This document shows, piece by piece, positions 1 through 8,302 of a DNA stretch of 61,604 nt. A program made the translations under genes and the position numbers. The notes beneath the pieces are model-generated. The model did not search any database, was not told the origin of the DNA, and saw only the letters and a list, made by a program, of their open reading frames with translations. The stretch's first letter is position 1; each line of letters opens with the position of its first letter. This DNA is from a virus (lineage: Duplodnaviria > Caudoviricetes). The stretch is taken from the IMG/VR virus record IMGVR_UViG_3300043773_000773, positions 1-61,604 of that record; one strand, 5' to 3'.

Positions 1-121
1 CTCGCCGTACCGCATCGCGGCCTGGGCATCGAAGGCGTCGGCCCGCCCCAGGTCGAACCACGCAGGATAGTGGCGAAGGATGCGTCGGGCTTCCTCGCGG
101 ATGTCGCGGCGGATGCCCTTG
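1..121. repeat. Exact repeat of 60658-60778 (circular/assembly overlap)
   Basis: 121 identical bases compared directly; divergence starts at 122 vs 60779. Confidence 0.95.
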
Positions 122-207
122 TAGCCGCCCAAGTGGTAGCTACTCAGCCTCTGGAGGAACGTCCTCGCGTAGATCACGGCCCTGGTTCTCTCGTCTGGCA
201 TGGTCAT
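1..207 (-). CDS. BPSL0761-like small protein, allele A (partial; continues via 60657 on the circle)
   Basis: Translates MTMPDERTRAVIYARTFLQRLSSYHLGGYKGIRRDIREEARRILRHYP, collinear with 60559..60864. Confidence 0.8.
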   Translation of the reverse strand, partial: MTMPDERTRAVIYARTFLQRLSSYHLGGYKGIRRDIREEARRILRHYPAWFDLGRADAFDAQAAMRYGE

Positions 208-651
208 GTGTAAGAAACCTTGGCGTGTCTTTCTTCCGCTTTATCGCAGCTTACGAGCCTATACCGCCGGTATATCGGCGGCTGCCGAATCAAAGGGGCG
301 GTCTGCCCTGAGCAGGGCAGCCCGCTCCTCCCTGAGTCCAGCGATCTCCAGGCGTTGCTCCCTCACCTCGCGCCGCCCGTTTTCTGTATCTTTTTCGGTA
401 CGTCTCGGGATTCGCGAATCGCGAACGCCTTACCTAGTCGAAGTAGTGCCACCCCGCGCTGCCTAAGAGCATGAAGCCCGGAGAAACGCGGCGCGTAACC
501 TTTCAGCAGACCGCAGGGTGGCAACAAAGACCGACGAAAGTGTGCTGCTCGCCGGGTTCCCCAGTCCGCAGCATCGCCGGTTTGCTGGCCTCATTGTACC
601 GCGTCGTCAACGGAGCGCAACGCTCGCCGTGACGCTACATCACTCGGCTGA

Positions 652-778
652 ACACTGTGGGTGTAGAGCTGTCAGCGAAGCAGACCCTTCAGGCCAGCCG
701 CGACATCCGGGCCGAGCAACTCCAGCACCCTCGCATCGACCTGCGCCTGCGTGTAGTCGCCAGCAGCGTCGTACTTCT
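652..778. repeat. Exact repeat of 61478-61604 (circular/assembly overlap)
   Basis: 127 identical bases matching the window end. Confidence 0.95.
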
Positions 779-977
779 CGCCTTCCCAGAGAACCAGCGA
801 AGCCCGGTCAAACGGAAACTGGAGGCTCGCCATGCAGGACTTCCGCATGGGGTTGTCGGTCACGGTGACATCCAGATGAGGCACGGTGAGCGGAGCGATG
901 TGCCGCACCTCGCCGGTCTTGGGGCGGGTGTACGAGTCAGGCTGCACGGTGACAGGGGGATTGAGTTGCATGGTCAC
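672..977 (-). CDS. Hypothetical protein downstream of tail fibre (possible fibre chaperone)
   Basis: 101 aa ORF, ATGA-coupled to 974..2443. Confidence 0.7.
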   Translation of the reverse strand: MTMQLNPPVTVQPDSYTRPKTGEVRHIAPLTVPHLDVTVTDNPMRKSCMASLQFPFDRASLVLWEGEKYDAAGDYTQAQVDARVLELLGPDVAAGLKGLLR

Positions 978-2443
978 ACTACTCCAAGGATGGATGATCC
1001 GTTGATGCCGCGAGATGGATTGAACGCAAGCGTCGGAGGGTTTGGCTGGTACGCACCTGAACTCGCGTAATAGAACCCACCGCGATTCTGGGCGTTGTCA
1101 TTGAACGTGATCGTGTAGCCTGGACTCGGCCAGTCCTGCATATACGGCGACTGATTGTACGAGTCGTCATTGAACACAAGCGGGCCGTAGAACGCAGGAA
1201 TATAGGAAGACGAAGCATAAACCGCCGAACTAGCCCAGTTCGACGACTGATCGTTGAACGTCGCCGTGCCGCCGATCTTTGACCAGTATTCATTCTTCGA
1301 CGAGTCGTTGAACGTCGCCGTGCCGTTCACTTCGGCTCGTGTATTCGGAAGGTTGTACTGCGAACTGTTCACTCCGTTCGCAGAATATCCGTTGAACGTC
1401 GCGTTGCCGTACACAACGCCCGAATAGTTCCATGCGTTGTTGAACGTCGCGTTACCCTGTACGTTGCCATACAGGGTGTTGTCCGAATAGTGTCCGTTGG
1501 AAGAGCCGTCATTGAAGACGCCAGTTTGCACGCTTCCGGCGTTGTACGGCCCACCGTCGCCGAACGTCGCCGTGCCTTGCACTGAACCATATGGGCTGTT
1601 GTACGCACCAAACGAAAACGTCGCGTTGCCTTCGACGATGCCGTTGTTGTATGCCCCGACAAAAGTCGCGTCACCTGTGATTCGCCTACCGTAAGGCTGA
1701 TTCCCGGCACCACTCAGGAACGTCGCGTTGCCGTTGATCTGCGAGAGGTTATTCGCCCCGTTCTGGAACGTCGCGTTGCCAACAACTGTTCCCTCGCCAA
1801 TCGTATAGTCGTTCGACGCATTCGCACCGTCGAACGTCACGTTGCCCGTAATGGTGCCGTAATTGTACGCGGCAGAGGTTGAGCCGTTGAACGTCGCCGT
1901 GCCGGTCACAGTGATGGCGATAGACCAGTTCCCGCCACTCATCGTGAAGTCCACCACCGTCGGCTCGCTGCCGCTGGTGTTTTGCGAGAGCGACCCTGTC
2001 ACCACTACGCTGTCGCTGCTCGTCGGCAGGCTCGTCGCCGGGATTGTGCAAGCCTCGTCCGTCCACCAGTTCCCATCGGAGCCGCCGGTCATGTACGAGG
2101 ACGATGCGGCGACATCAGGGCTGCAAGACAAAAGGAGGTTCCCCGCTGCGCCAGCAGCGTTTGCGACCAAGTTGAACGTCGCGCCGTCAATCGTCGCGGT
2201 CACAGCGACATTGGCCTCAATAACCGACTTCAGATTGGCGAGCGACTCCGCTAGGTCAGCCCCAATAGGAACGGCGACATAGCTCGTGGAACTGTCGCTA
2301 TCAAACTCAAAGGCAGTGCTTCCGATAACGATAGTGGTGCCGTCGCTGGGCTGGCCGGAGAAAGTGAAATAGCCGGTCGCAGCCGCAAGGACATTCGCCC
2401 AGTTCCCGTCACCCGTCGCGTTGTTGTAGTACAGCGTTGCCAT
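974..2443 (-). CDS. Putative tail fibre/receptor-binding protein with G(N/T/D)ATFN beta-helix repeats
   Basis: 489 aa; about 13 imperfect xxG[NTD]ATF[NQLVSG] repeats; Asn/Gly/Ser/Thr rich. Confidence 0.7.
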   Translation of the reverse strand: MATLYYNNATGDGNWANVLAAATGYFTFSGQPSDGTTIVIGSTAFEFDSDSSTSYVAVPIGADLAESLANLKSVIEANVAVTATIDGATFNLVANAAGAAGNLLLSCSPDVAASSSYMTGGSDGNWWTDEACTIPATSLPTSSDSVVVTGSLSQNTSGSEPTVVDFTMSGGNWSIAITVTGTATFNGSTSAAYNYGTITGNVTFDGANASNDYTIGEGTVVGNATFQNGANNLSQINGNATFLSGAGNQPYGRRITGDATFVGAYNNGIVEGNATFSFGAYNSPYGSVQGTATFGDGGPYNAGSVQTGVFNDGSSNGHYSDNTLYGNVQGNATFNNAWNYSGVVYGNATFNGYSANGVNSSQYNLPNTRAEVNGTATFNDSSKNEYWSKIGGTATFNDQSSNWASSAVYASSSYIPAFYGPLVFNDDSYNQSPYMQDWPSPGYTITFNDNAQNRGGFYYASSGAYQPNPPTLAFNPSRGINGSSILGVV

Positions 2444-2447
2444 CTAT

Positions 2448-2897
2448 TTAGTATCCCGGTACGAAGGCGACCACATCCCACTTGTCCCGCCCCGCGTGAT
2501 ACGTCGCGGCGAGGATGTCCGTCTTGCCTGCCGTCGTGCTGAACGGCAGCGGCGAGGTCGCAGACGCAGGCAGATTGAATGCCGAGTCCAGCGTCACCGA
2601 CCGGCCACCAGTGCCGTCCTGCGTGATCCGCCACCGGAGAGTCTTGCCATCCACCGGGTTCGTCGGATTGGCGAGCGTGCAGTTGTCGGTTAGCGTGATG
2701 TCGAAGATGTCGCCAGACGCGGCGTCCGTGCTGAGCGTGGCGGCGTAGGCGATAGCAACAACGTGCGGGTTCCGCAGCAGTGAGGCCGACACCTTCTTGG
2801 TGACAGGCGAGCCAGTGGGGTCGTCAACAATAACGAACAGGTCATCGGGCGTGACGGCCGAAGCCGCAGACAGTTCGCTGATCTTCACCTCTGTCAT
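2448..2897 (-). CDS. Tail-fibre-associated structural protein
   Basis: N-terminal KISEL...DDLFVIVD...TKKV motif typical of phage fibre/collar proteins; beta-rich C-terminus (ITQDGTGGR). Confidence 0.65.
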   Translation of the reverse strand: MTEVKISELSAASAVTPDDLFVIVDDPTGSPVTKKVSASLLRNPHVVAIAYAATLSTDAASGDIFDITLTDNCTLANPTNPVDGKTLRWRITQDGTGGRSVTLDSAFNLPASATSPLPFSTTAGKTDILAATYHAGRDKWDVVAFVPGY

Positions 2898-3031
2898 TAG
2901 TTCTGCTCCGTTCTGATCTTGTCGCCCGATTCAGTGGCGATGGCCGCACCGGACTCAGTCAAAAGCACAGGAGCCGAAGGCGCGGCGATCGGCTTTTTCG
3001 ACGGCCTGAGAAGCCTGGGGTTCATTGGCAT
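2897..3031 (-). CDS. Small structural-module protein (44 aa, MPMNPRLLRP...LLTESGAAIATESGD)
   Basis: Read manually; its TAA overlaps the ATG of the next gene; contains two xTESG repeats. Confidence 0.7.
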   Translation of the reverse strand: MPMNPRLLRPSKKPIAAPSAPVLLTESGAAIATESGDKIRTEQN

Positions 3032-3072
3032 AGTGCGCTACTCGCTATGGCTTTACAGTGGTAGACGTAAGG

Positions 3073-3336
3073 TCAGTTCACGCCGCGCCCGGAGTCCGTC
3101 CCGGTCGCCGTGACCTTCGGCTGCAAGGCATACAGGAGTTGCGTCTGCTCCCGAATCGCAGCAGTAATCTCCCTCTGTGTCTTCGACATCTCAATCAAGA
3201 ACTCTTGGTGTGACTCGACCATCGGCAGCACAAGGTCTGTCCGGACGAACCACAGCACCGCTGTCGCCAGGATCAGCCCAAACCCGTACCGCTCCACCAT
3301 GCGGAGCGCCGTCTCGTATACCTCTACGCTGCTCAC
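3073..3336 (-). CDS. Membrane protein, holin-like
   Basis: GTG start coupled to the upstream stop; one TM segment (YGFGLILATAVLWFV) followed by a coiled coil. Confidence 0.55.
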   Translation of the reverse strand: MSSVEVYETALRMVERYGFGLILATAVLWFVRTDLVLPMVESHQEFLIEMSKTQREITAAIREQTQLLYALQPKVTATGTDSGRGVN

Positions 3337-3677
3337 GGCTCGCCTCTCATTGCGCACTGCCACCCAGCCAGCTTCACCCGATTGGCCGGTCTGGATAGCC
3401 ACCATTCCAGCACGAGTCGGATCACGGCTGACAGGGCAGACGCCAGCAGCAGTGACCAGACAAACCCATAGCGCTCTCGACGGGCGCGAACACGCTCAGC
3501 AATTCCGCCAAGCACCTTGCGCTCCATCGGCGTGTCGTGGACGCACTCCATGAGCGGAGAGATGGGCCACTCGGCTATAGCATCATCTACCAGCCCGCCG
3601 AGCCCGTCTTGTCCCAGCATGCGAGCGCGCACTGGCATGCGGCTCCTGACGTAGTCTTTGAGTTCTTCAGTGGACAT
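3333..3677 (-). CDS. Hypothetical membrane protein
   Basis: 114 aa, hydrophobic YGFVWSLLLASALSAVIRLVLEWW segment. Confidence 0.65.
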   Translation of the reverse strand: MSTEELKDYVRSRMPVRARMLGQDGLGGLVDDAIAEWPISPLMECVHDTPMERKVLGGIAERVRARRERYGFVWSLLLASALSAVIRLVLEWWLSRPANRVKLAGWQCAMRGEP

Positions 3678-3909
3678 GGCACTTGCCTCCAGCGCATGTA
3701 CCCGAAAGGGTCATCTTCGGGCGGTTCTTGGCGCACGGACAGGTTGCCGGACACGGGCACGGGAACCGAAGCAGCCTGTCTCCAGACCACACCATGCCAG
3801 TGCCGCCGCACTCGCCGCAGCACTTCTGCGGAGCGGGGGCTGGCGTCGGCGCGCCATGCGGATGGGCGAACGCGAACCACACGGCGACGGTCGCAACGGA
3901 CAGCTTCAC
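3667..3909 (-). CDS. Secreted Cys-rich small protein
   Basis: GTG start coupled to the peptidase stop; signal-like N-terminus, CCGECGGTG and CPCPATCPC motifs. Confidence 0.65.
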   Translation of the reverse strand: MKLSVATVAVWFAFAHPHGAPTPAPAPQKCCGECGGTGMVWSGDRLLRFPCPCPATCPCAKNRPKMTLSGTCAGGKCHVH

Positions 3910-4841
3910 CCAAGCACCTCCTTCGCGCCCCAGTCCTTGAGCTTGCGACGAGGGAAGCCGTCGACATTGCTGACGGCCCACGTTCCGTTGTGGGCGATGA
4001 TGCGCTGCGCCACATCCTGCGTGACCCAGAACGACCCCTCTGGCTGGCCGTGAACCTTAGGGCCGGTTATCCACGAGTAGCCCCAGCTATTCTGGATGCA
4101 GAAGCGGCAGTCGCCGGGACGAGTATCGTCAACCGCGATCCACGCCATCGCGTGGCCCCACGACCCAGAAGGCACGGCCACGCCCTCGTCCGAGCGAACA
4201 TGCTTGAAGCCAACGCTCGAGCACGCCAGCACGCCATACCCATTCGCCAGCGCATCACGCGCCTGCTGCCACGACTGAATCAAGCTGATCGTGCCGACGC
4301 GGTGCTTCGCCGCAGCCGCAGTGACGTTCTCCGGCACGCCACGACCGCCCCACCTGATGCCGATGTTCGCGCTGTACTTCGTCAGGTCGACGCCTAGATC
4401 GTCGTACTTCTTCCGCAGCATGCAGCCGCCGGTGCGATGCGCCCACCGCACGATCTCCGAACACACTGCGCCCTGCCCGGAGTGGCCGCGCGCGCCGTAC
4501 AGCGGCTCGGTGGCCGTGCGGTCCACCCAGTCCTCTGTCGTATGCAGGTCGGGGTCGTTCGCCCTCGCAAGGTCGACGGCATTGCGAACTGCATGGGACA
4601 CGCAGTCGCCTGTGGTCTGCGCCTCGTCGTAAGGCTTCCTGCCGGTCGCCTCCTCGAACGCCACGACCGCTTTGAACGGGAGGCTGAGCTTGCCAGCGCC
4701 CGAGCTATGCAGGGTGTTGCCGAAGAACGGCATCGGCAGGCTGGCGACAAGACGGGCCGTGTCCTCCGGGTCACAGATGGAACCCGCGAAGCCCTCTTCG
4801 TAGAGCCGGACAATCTCTTCTGGGGAGTACGTTTCGCTCAT
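3906..4841 (-). CDS. Papain-like (C1 family) cysteine peptidase
   Basis: QTTGDCVSHA (Gln, Cys), GHAM (His), QNSWG (Asn) catalytic motifs. Confidence 0.85.
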   Translation of the reverse strand: MSETYSPEEIVRLYEEGFAGSICDPEDTARLVASLPMPFFGNTLHSSGAGKLSLPFKAVVAFEEATGRKPYDEAQTTGDCVSHAVRNAVDLARANDPDLHTTEDWVDRTATEPLYGARGHSGQGAVCSEIVRWAHRTGGCMLRKKYDDLGVDLTKYSANIGIRWGGRGVPENVTAAAAKHRVGTISLIQSWQQARDALANGYGVLACSSVGFKHVRSDEGVAVPSGSWGHAMAWIAVDDTRPGDCRFCIQNSWGYSWITGPKVHGQPEGSFWVTQDVAQRIIAHNGTWAVSNVDGFPRRKLKDWGAKEVLG

Positions 4842-4851
4842 GACTCCCCGC

Positions 4852-5274
4852 CTACCTCACGGCAGCGAACGCCTTCGACGCCGCAGCCCGACTCTCTGTA
4901 GTCAGCGGCACATCGGTGTCGCCAATCGCCTTGAGCAGATAGGCGTCCAGGCGGTCGCCAAGACCTGCGTACTTGCCTGCCAGCCCGGTGTTGGCAAACG
5001 CCGTCGCCAGAGCCTGCCGGTGCCGGTTGCAAAGCTCGAACGTAGTCTTGCAGAGCGGAGTAGCCTGCAACCCATCACGAACTACGATGTCTGCCATCGC
5101 AGCGTAGAAGTCGCGAATCAGTGAGGCATCGGCAGGAGTCACGCCAGCCAGAATCCCAGACGGATCGACCGCCGGAGCAACGGCCGGTCGACCGGCTCGC
5201 TCCAAGTAGACAACGCCGCAGGCCAGCGACACGGCCAGCCCGGCGGCGATCACGGCTTTGCGCACGATGCCCAT
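4852..5274 (-). CDS. Membrane-anchored/periplasmic protein
   Basis: Likely start MGIVRKAVIAAGLAVSLACGVVYL (signal/TM). Confidence 0.65.
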   Translation of the reverse strand: MGIVRKAVIAAGLAVSLACGVVYLERAGRPAVAPAVDPSGILAGVTPADASLIRDFYAAMADIVVRDGLQATPLCKTTFELCNRHRQALATAFANTGLAGKYAGLGDRLDAYLLKAIGDTDVPLTTESRAAASKAFAAVR

Positions 5275-5275
5275 G

Positions 5276-5521
5276 CTATCGCCCCTTCTTCGCAGGCTCC
5301 CGCTCTGCCACCAGCGCCGCAATCAGCGACCTCGATGCCGACGCAACCGCATGCTCGCCAGCCACCTCCGCGTCGGAGGCCAGCCCAAACAGGCGATTCA
5401 CCCAGTCGGCCCTCGTCTTGGCAGACAGGCCCGACGGGATCGCCGCTGCCGGAATGTACGGCCACGCAAAGGCAACGCCAGCCGATCCAATCGCGACAAG
5501 GGCCAGGACAGCAATCGTCAT
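5276..5521 (-). CDS. Small membrane protein
   Basis: 81 aa, N-terminal TM helix, ATGA coupling. Confidence 0.65.
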   Translation of the reverse strand: MTIAVLALVAIGSAGVAFAWPYIPAAAIPSGLSAKTRADWVNRLFGLASDAEVAGEHAVASASRSLIAALVAEREPAKKGR

Positions 5522-5790
5522 TCGTCAATCTCCGAGAAAGAGATTGCCGTCACCAGCGTCACGATGTACTGGAAAAGCTCCTGGCCCTGCGAGCTAAGCA
5601 GCACGGCCTCCAGCCGCTCCAGCAACTCATCGTCGATTGGGGTCTGGGTTTTGGTAGCGACAAACCGCATGAGTTTGAGCGCCCCGTCGACCCTCTCTTT
5701 CGCCGTGCTGGCGGCGGAAATCTCGGACAGCAGCGACAATGCTGGCGCCCACTCGACCAGTTGCTTTACCTTTTGCGCGACGGTTGCCAT
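5518..5790 (-). CDS. Hypothetical lysis-module protein
   Basis: 90 aa, TQTPIDDELL motif, GAGG upstream. Confidence 0.65.
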   Translation of the reverse strand: MATVAQKVKQLVEWAPALSLLSEISAASTAKERVDGALKLMRFVATKTQTPIDDELLERLEAVLLSSQGQELFQYIVTLVTAISFSEIDE

Positions 5791-6166
5791 GCTGCCTCGC
5801 CTCCTGCCGACGGACCCAGTCCACCAACAGATTTATGTCCCGCTCCGGGCGACACAGAGACAGCAGCTTCTGCCGCACTAGGTGAGGGTCGCGGCCCAAA
5901 TCCAGGCAGGTCTGGGCGAATGAGAAGTCGCCTCCCGTTCCCTCGAACACCCACCTGTACGCGGCCACCTGCCTCCGGAGGATTTCCCACTCCTTCCGGT
6001 TCGACGGACACATCTGCGCCACCCCCAATCGGCGGTGCCGGGCGCACAACTCCCGCAGGTGATAGTGCGTTCTAACGAGAACCTCTGCACAAAACCTCCT
6101 CCAGCCAGCTTCGCACTCCTCGATGATGTTCTCGTCGTCGTAGTCCATTACGGCGACGGCGATCAT
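5627..6166 (-). CDS. Hypothetical protein
   Basis: 179 aa ORF coupled to the upstream stop; 3' end overlaps 5518..5790. Confidence 0.55.
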   Translation of the reverse strand: MIAVAVMDYDDENIIEECEAGWRRFCAEVLVRTHYHLRELCARHRRLGVAQMCPSNRKEWEILRRQVAAYRWVFEGTGGDFSFAQTCLDLGRDPHLVRQKLLSLCRPERDINLLVDWVRRQEARQHGNRRAKGKATGRVGASIVAAVRDFRRQHGEREGRRGAQTHAVCRYQNPDPNRR

Positions 6167-6525
6167 TATTGTCTCGGTGCCTCGTAAAAGCCGGACCTAA
6201 GGGTTCCCTCGTTGAGTTCCGGCCAGACCTCAAGAGAGTGGATCGCCGCCATGACGTTCCACGCAGCGTGTCCAAGATGATCCTCAGCGCGGTCGCCCCC
6301 GAGAAACAGGTACAGGTGGCGGATCGCGTGGTTCAGCATGTCGTTCGCAGGCATGCCCTTCTCCCAGTTGTAGTCGCCGTACTTGGCCGCACCTTCGGCG
6401 CACGCCGCCGCCACAGCCGCCAGTCCGATCGGGGTAATCAGGTCGTAGCGCGTTGCCTCCGCATCGCTCGACCGCACAGCGCCACTCGAATACTTCACGG
6501 CTTTTTCCTCAGTGAACTTAATCAT
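6166..6525 (-). CDS. dATP/dGTP diphosphohydrolase domain protein (DUF5664-like)
   Basis: SGAVR...RYDLI...GAAKYGDYNWEKG...HAIRHL...DHLGHAAWN signature. Confidence 0.85.
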   Translation of the reverse strand: MIKFTEEKAVKYSSGAVRSSDAEATRYDLITPIGLAAVAAACAEGAAKYGDYNWEKGMPANDMLNHAIRHLYLFLGGDRAEDHLGHAAWNVMAAIHSLEVWPELNEGTLRSGFYEAPRQ

Positions 6526-7037
6526 CACTCCAACTCCTTGTAGCGGTTCAGGAACAACATCTTTGCTTGGTGCCAACGCAGCGCACTGACAGGTCCGCTC
6601 ATCGGCTGTACGTCAATCCCCCAGTCGTGATCGCATGGGATGAGGTCGCGCTTCTCTGCCATGAGCGCGCGGTTGTCTGCCAGCTTCACCTCGTCGGGGA
6701 TGGGCCAGCAGAGATAGAAGGCTTTGGCGATCTCCTGCTGCACGTGCTGCTCAAGCTCCTTGTACTCCGGCAGCATCGCCTTCAGGGGCCGGGCAACATC
6801 CCCCAGATACGCCTCGCTTGCGTCGTGCAGCAAGCCCCACATCGCATGCTCGGGGCGCACGAGACGGCTCACCATGACGCTGTGCTGCGCCACCGAATAC
6901 GGCACCTTGCTGTGGCCGGTGAAGCGATTGACGATCGAAAGGGAGTGGGCTATGTCGTCGATCGACACATCTCTCGCTGCGAACCCACGAAGGTCGATCA
7001 TCCTTCCGGAGAACGTCTGCATGGTGGTGTCGTTCAT
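6525..7037 (-). CDS. HD-domain deoxynucleotidase, YfdR-like
   Basis: DIAHSLS..NRFTGH..YSVAQHS..LLHDASEAYLGD signature. Confidence 0.88.
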   Translation of the reverse strand: MNDTTMQTFSGRMIDLRGFAARDVSIDDIAHSLSIVNRFTGHSKVPYSVAQHSVMVSRLVRPEHAMWGLLHDASEAYLGDVARPLKAMLPEYKELEQHVQQEIAKAFYLCWPIPDEVKLADNRALMAEKRDLIPCDHDWGIDVQPMSGPVSALRWHQAKMLFLNRYKELE

Positions 7038-7077
7038 CGCTCGTCCTCCTTGAGTTTCGCTATCGTGAAGGAGCCCA

Positions 7078-7548
7078 TCAAGAATGCGCCTTCCAAATCC
7101 GCCGCGCCATATCGCCCATCGGCCGCAGCGCAGTTCGTTGGATGTAGTGGTTCACGATCCCGTAGCCGAAGTCCTTTGTCGGCGCCGCCATGAGCCTCTG
7201 CCGCCACTCCCATCCGACAAGAGACGCAGCGCCGTCTTCGCCGTACTCGGCTAGGACGTAGATGTCGGCTGGCATCTTCTTCCCGGCCTCGTGAATCAGG
7301 TTGCCAGCATTGCGCGCCGTCTTTACGTCAACCGTGTATAGCAACGGCACGACGAAGTCGATTCCCTTGTCACCGCCGGGACGCTCCGAGAAGTCGGGGC
7401 ACTGGCCGCAGAACATCCCGAACGCCACCTCGCCGGCAAGGCCGACATTCTCGTAGCCGTCGGATAGGGGACGCGACGAGGCGTGGCCCGCGTGAATCGC
7501 AGCACGCCGCTCGGCGATGTTCACGATGAGGGCGTTGTGGGTCATCAC
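7078..7548 (-). CDS. Putative PD-(D/E)XK-fold nuclease
   Basis: GLAGEVAF...GGDKGID...DVKT...DIYVL...GW. Confidence 0.6.
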   Translation of the reverse strand: MMTHNALIVNIAERRAAIHAGHASSRPLSDGYENVGLAGEVAFGMFCGQCPDFSERPGGDKGIDFVVPLLYTVDVKTARNAGNLIHEAGKKMPADIYVLAEYGEDGAASLVGWEWRQRLMAAPTKDFGYGIVNHYIQRTALRPMGDMARRIWKAHS

Positions 7549-8012
7549 TATTCCTCCTTGAGGTTCGCTATGTCGAGCAGCCGATCCTTCGGGACGAAGA
7601 ACGCTGCCCCATAACTGCCGTAGTTCTGTCGGTACTCGGGCCGCTTGGCGTCCTTGCCTCGCACCCAGCCATGTACGCGGAAGTCGTTTGGCCCGCCAGT
7701 CACCAGCACGAACGCATCGTCGTCTCTATCGCTGTCGCGCACGATGAGGTCGTAGCCATGACGGGACCGCGTCCGTATCTGAATGCTCTCGCCTATGTCG
7801 CCGCCAGCCTTGAAGGTGTTCACGCTGCCGTTCCAGTAGCGGTTAGTGGCCTTCGCGAACGCACACTCGCCAAGCGCACCCAGAATGTGAATGCTCCACT
7901 CGTCGTTGATCGGGAGCCTGTTCTGGCATCCCTTGCGCAGCGCCTCGACATTGCGAGACACGCCGACGAGGGCGGCCCGGCTCACCTCGAACCACTCCAG
8001 CGCTACGTTCAT
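7548..8012 (-). CDS. Putative PD-(D/E)XK-fold protein, distant paralogue of 7078..7548
   Basis: GALGECAF...GGDIG..QIRT...DAFVLV...GW. Confidence 0.6.
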   Translation of the reverse strand: MNVALEWFEVSRAALVGVSRNVEALRKGCQNRLPINDEWSIHILGALGECAFAKATNRYWNGSVNTFKAGGDIGESIQIRTRSRHGYDLIVRDSDRDDDAFVLVTGGPNDFRVHGWVRGKDAKRPEYRQNYGSYGAAFFVPKDRLLDIANLKEE

Positions 8013-8302
8013 GCTTCCTCCATCCGCCGGTATCCCAGCGCCCACAGGATGCGACTTAGCTCCGTCCCCTGCTGCGCGACATGCTCCTCGCTCAGCGTCG
8101 GGTTTGCGGCATGCAGATACTCATGAATCTCCGTATCGAGCCTTGCCCTGCCGGTAAGGCGCTCGTCAATCAGAACTTTCTTCTCCAAGTTAGGGCTGCG
8201 GTTGTCGGGCCACTGCGCCCAGCCAATGGCCCTTCCCTTGAGGCGGGCGTATCGCCACAGCCACCGGACGCCGTTGATGCGAAACGAGTGGTTCTCTGGC
8301 AT
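8009..8302 (-). CDS. Small HExxH metallopeptidase-like protein
   Basis: Start MPENHSF coupled to the upstream stop; DTEIHEYLHA and SEEHV. Confidence 0.65.
   Translation of the reverse strand: MPENHSFRINGVRWLWRYARLKGRAIGWAQWPDNRSPNLEKKVLIDERLTGRARLDTEIHEYLHAANPTLSEEHVAQQGTELSRILWALGYRRMEEA

Noticed and set aside
1-121. Biological direct terminal repeats
   Set aside because: The repeats do not pair the two window ends with each other, and their lengths (121 and 127) are typical assembler k-mer overlaps
122-295. DGR template/variable repeat pair with 60779-60952
   Set aside because: Substitutions are not adenine-specific and are largely synonymous; no reverse transcriptase is recognisable
200-868. 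Plus-strand ORFs in allele A
   Set aside because: Antisense to the operon direction, no RBS and no protein motifs; the content of 296-612 remains unassigned
6166-7037. 2-aminoadenine (Z) genome pathway
   Set aside because: No PurZ or phage DNA polymerase recognised
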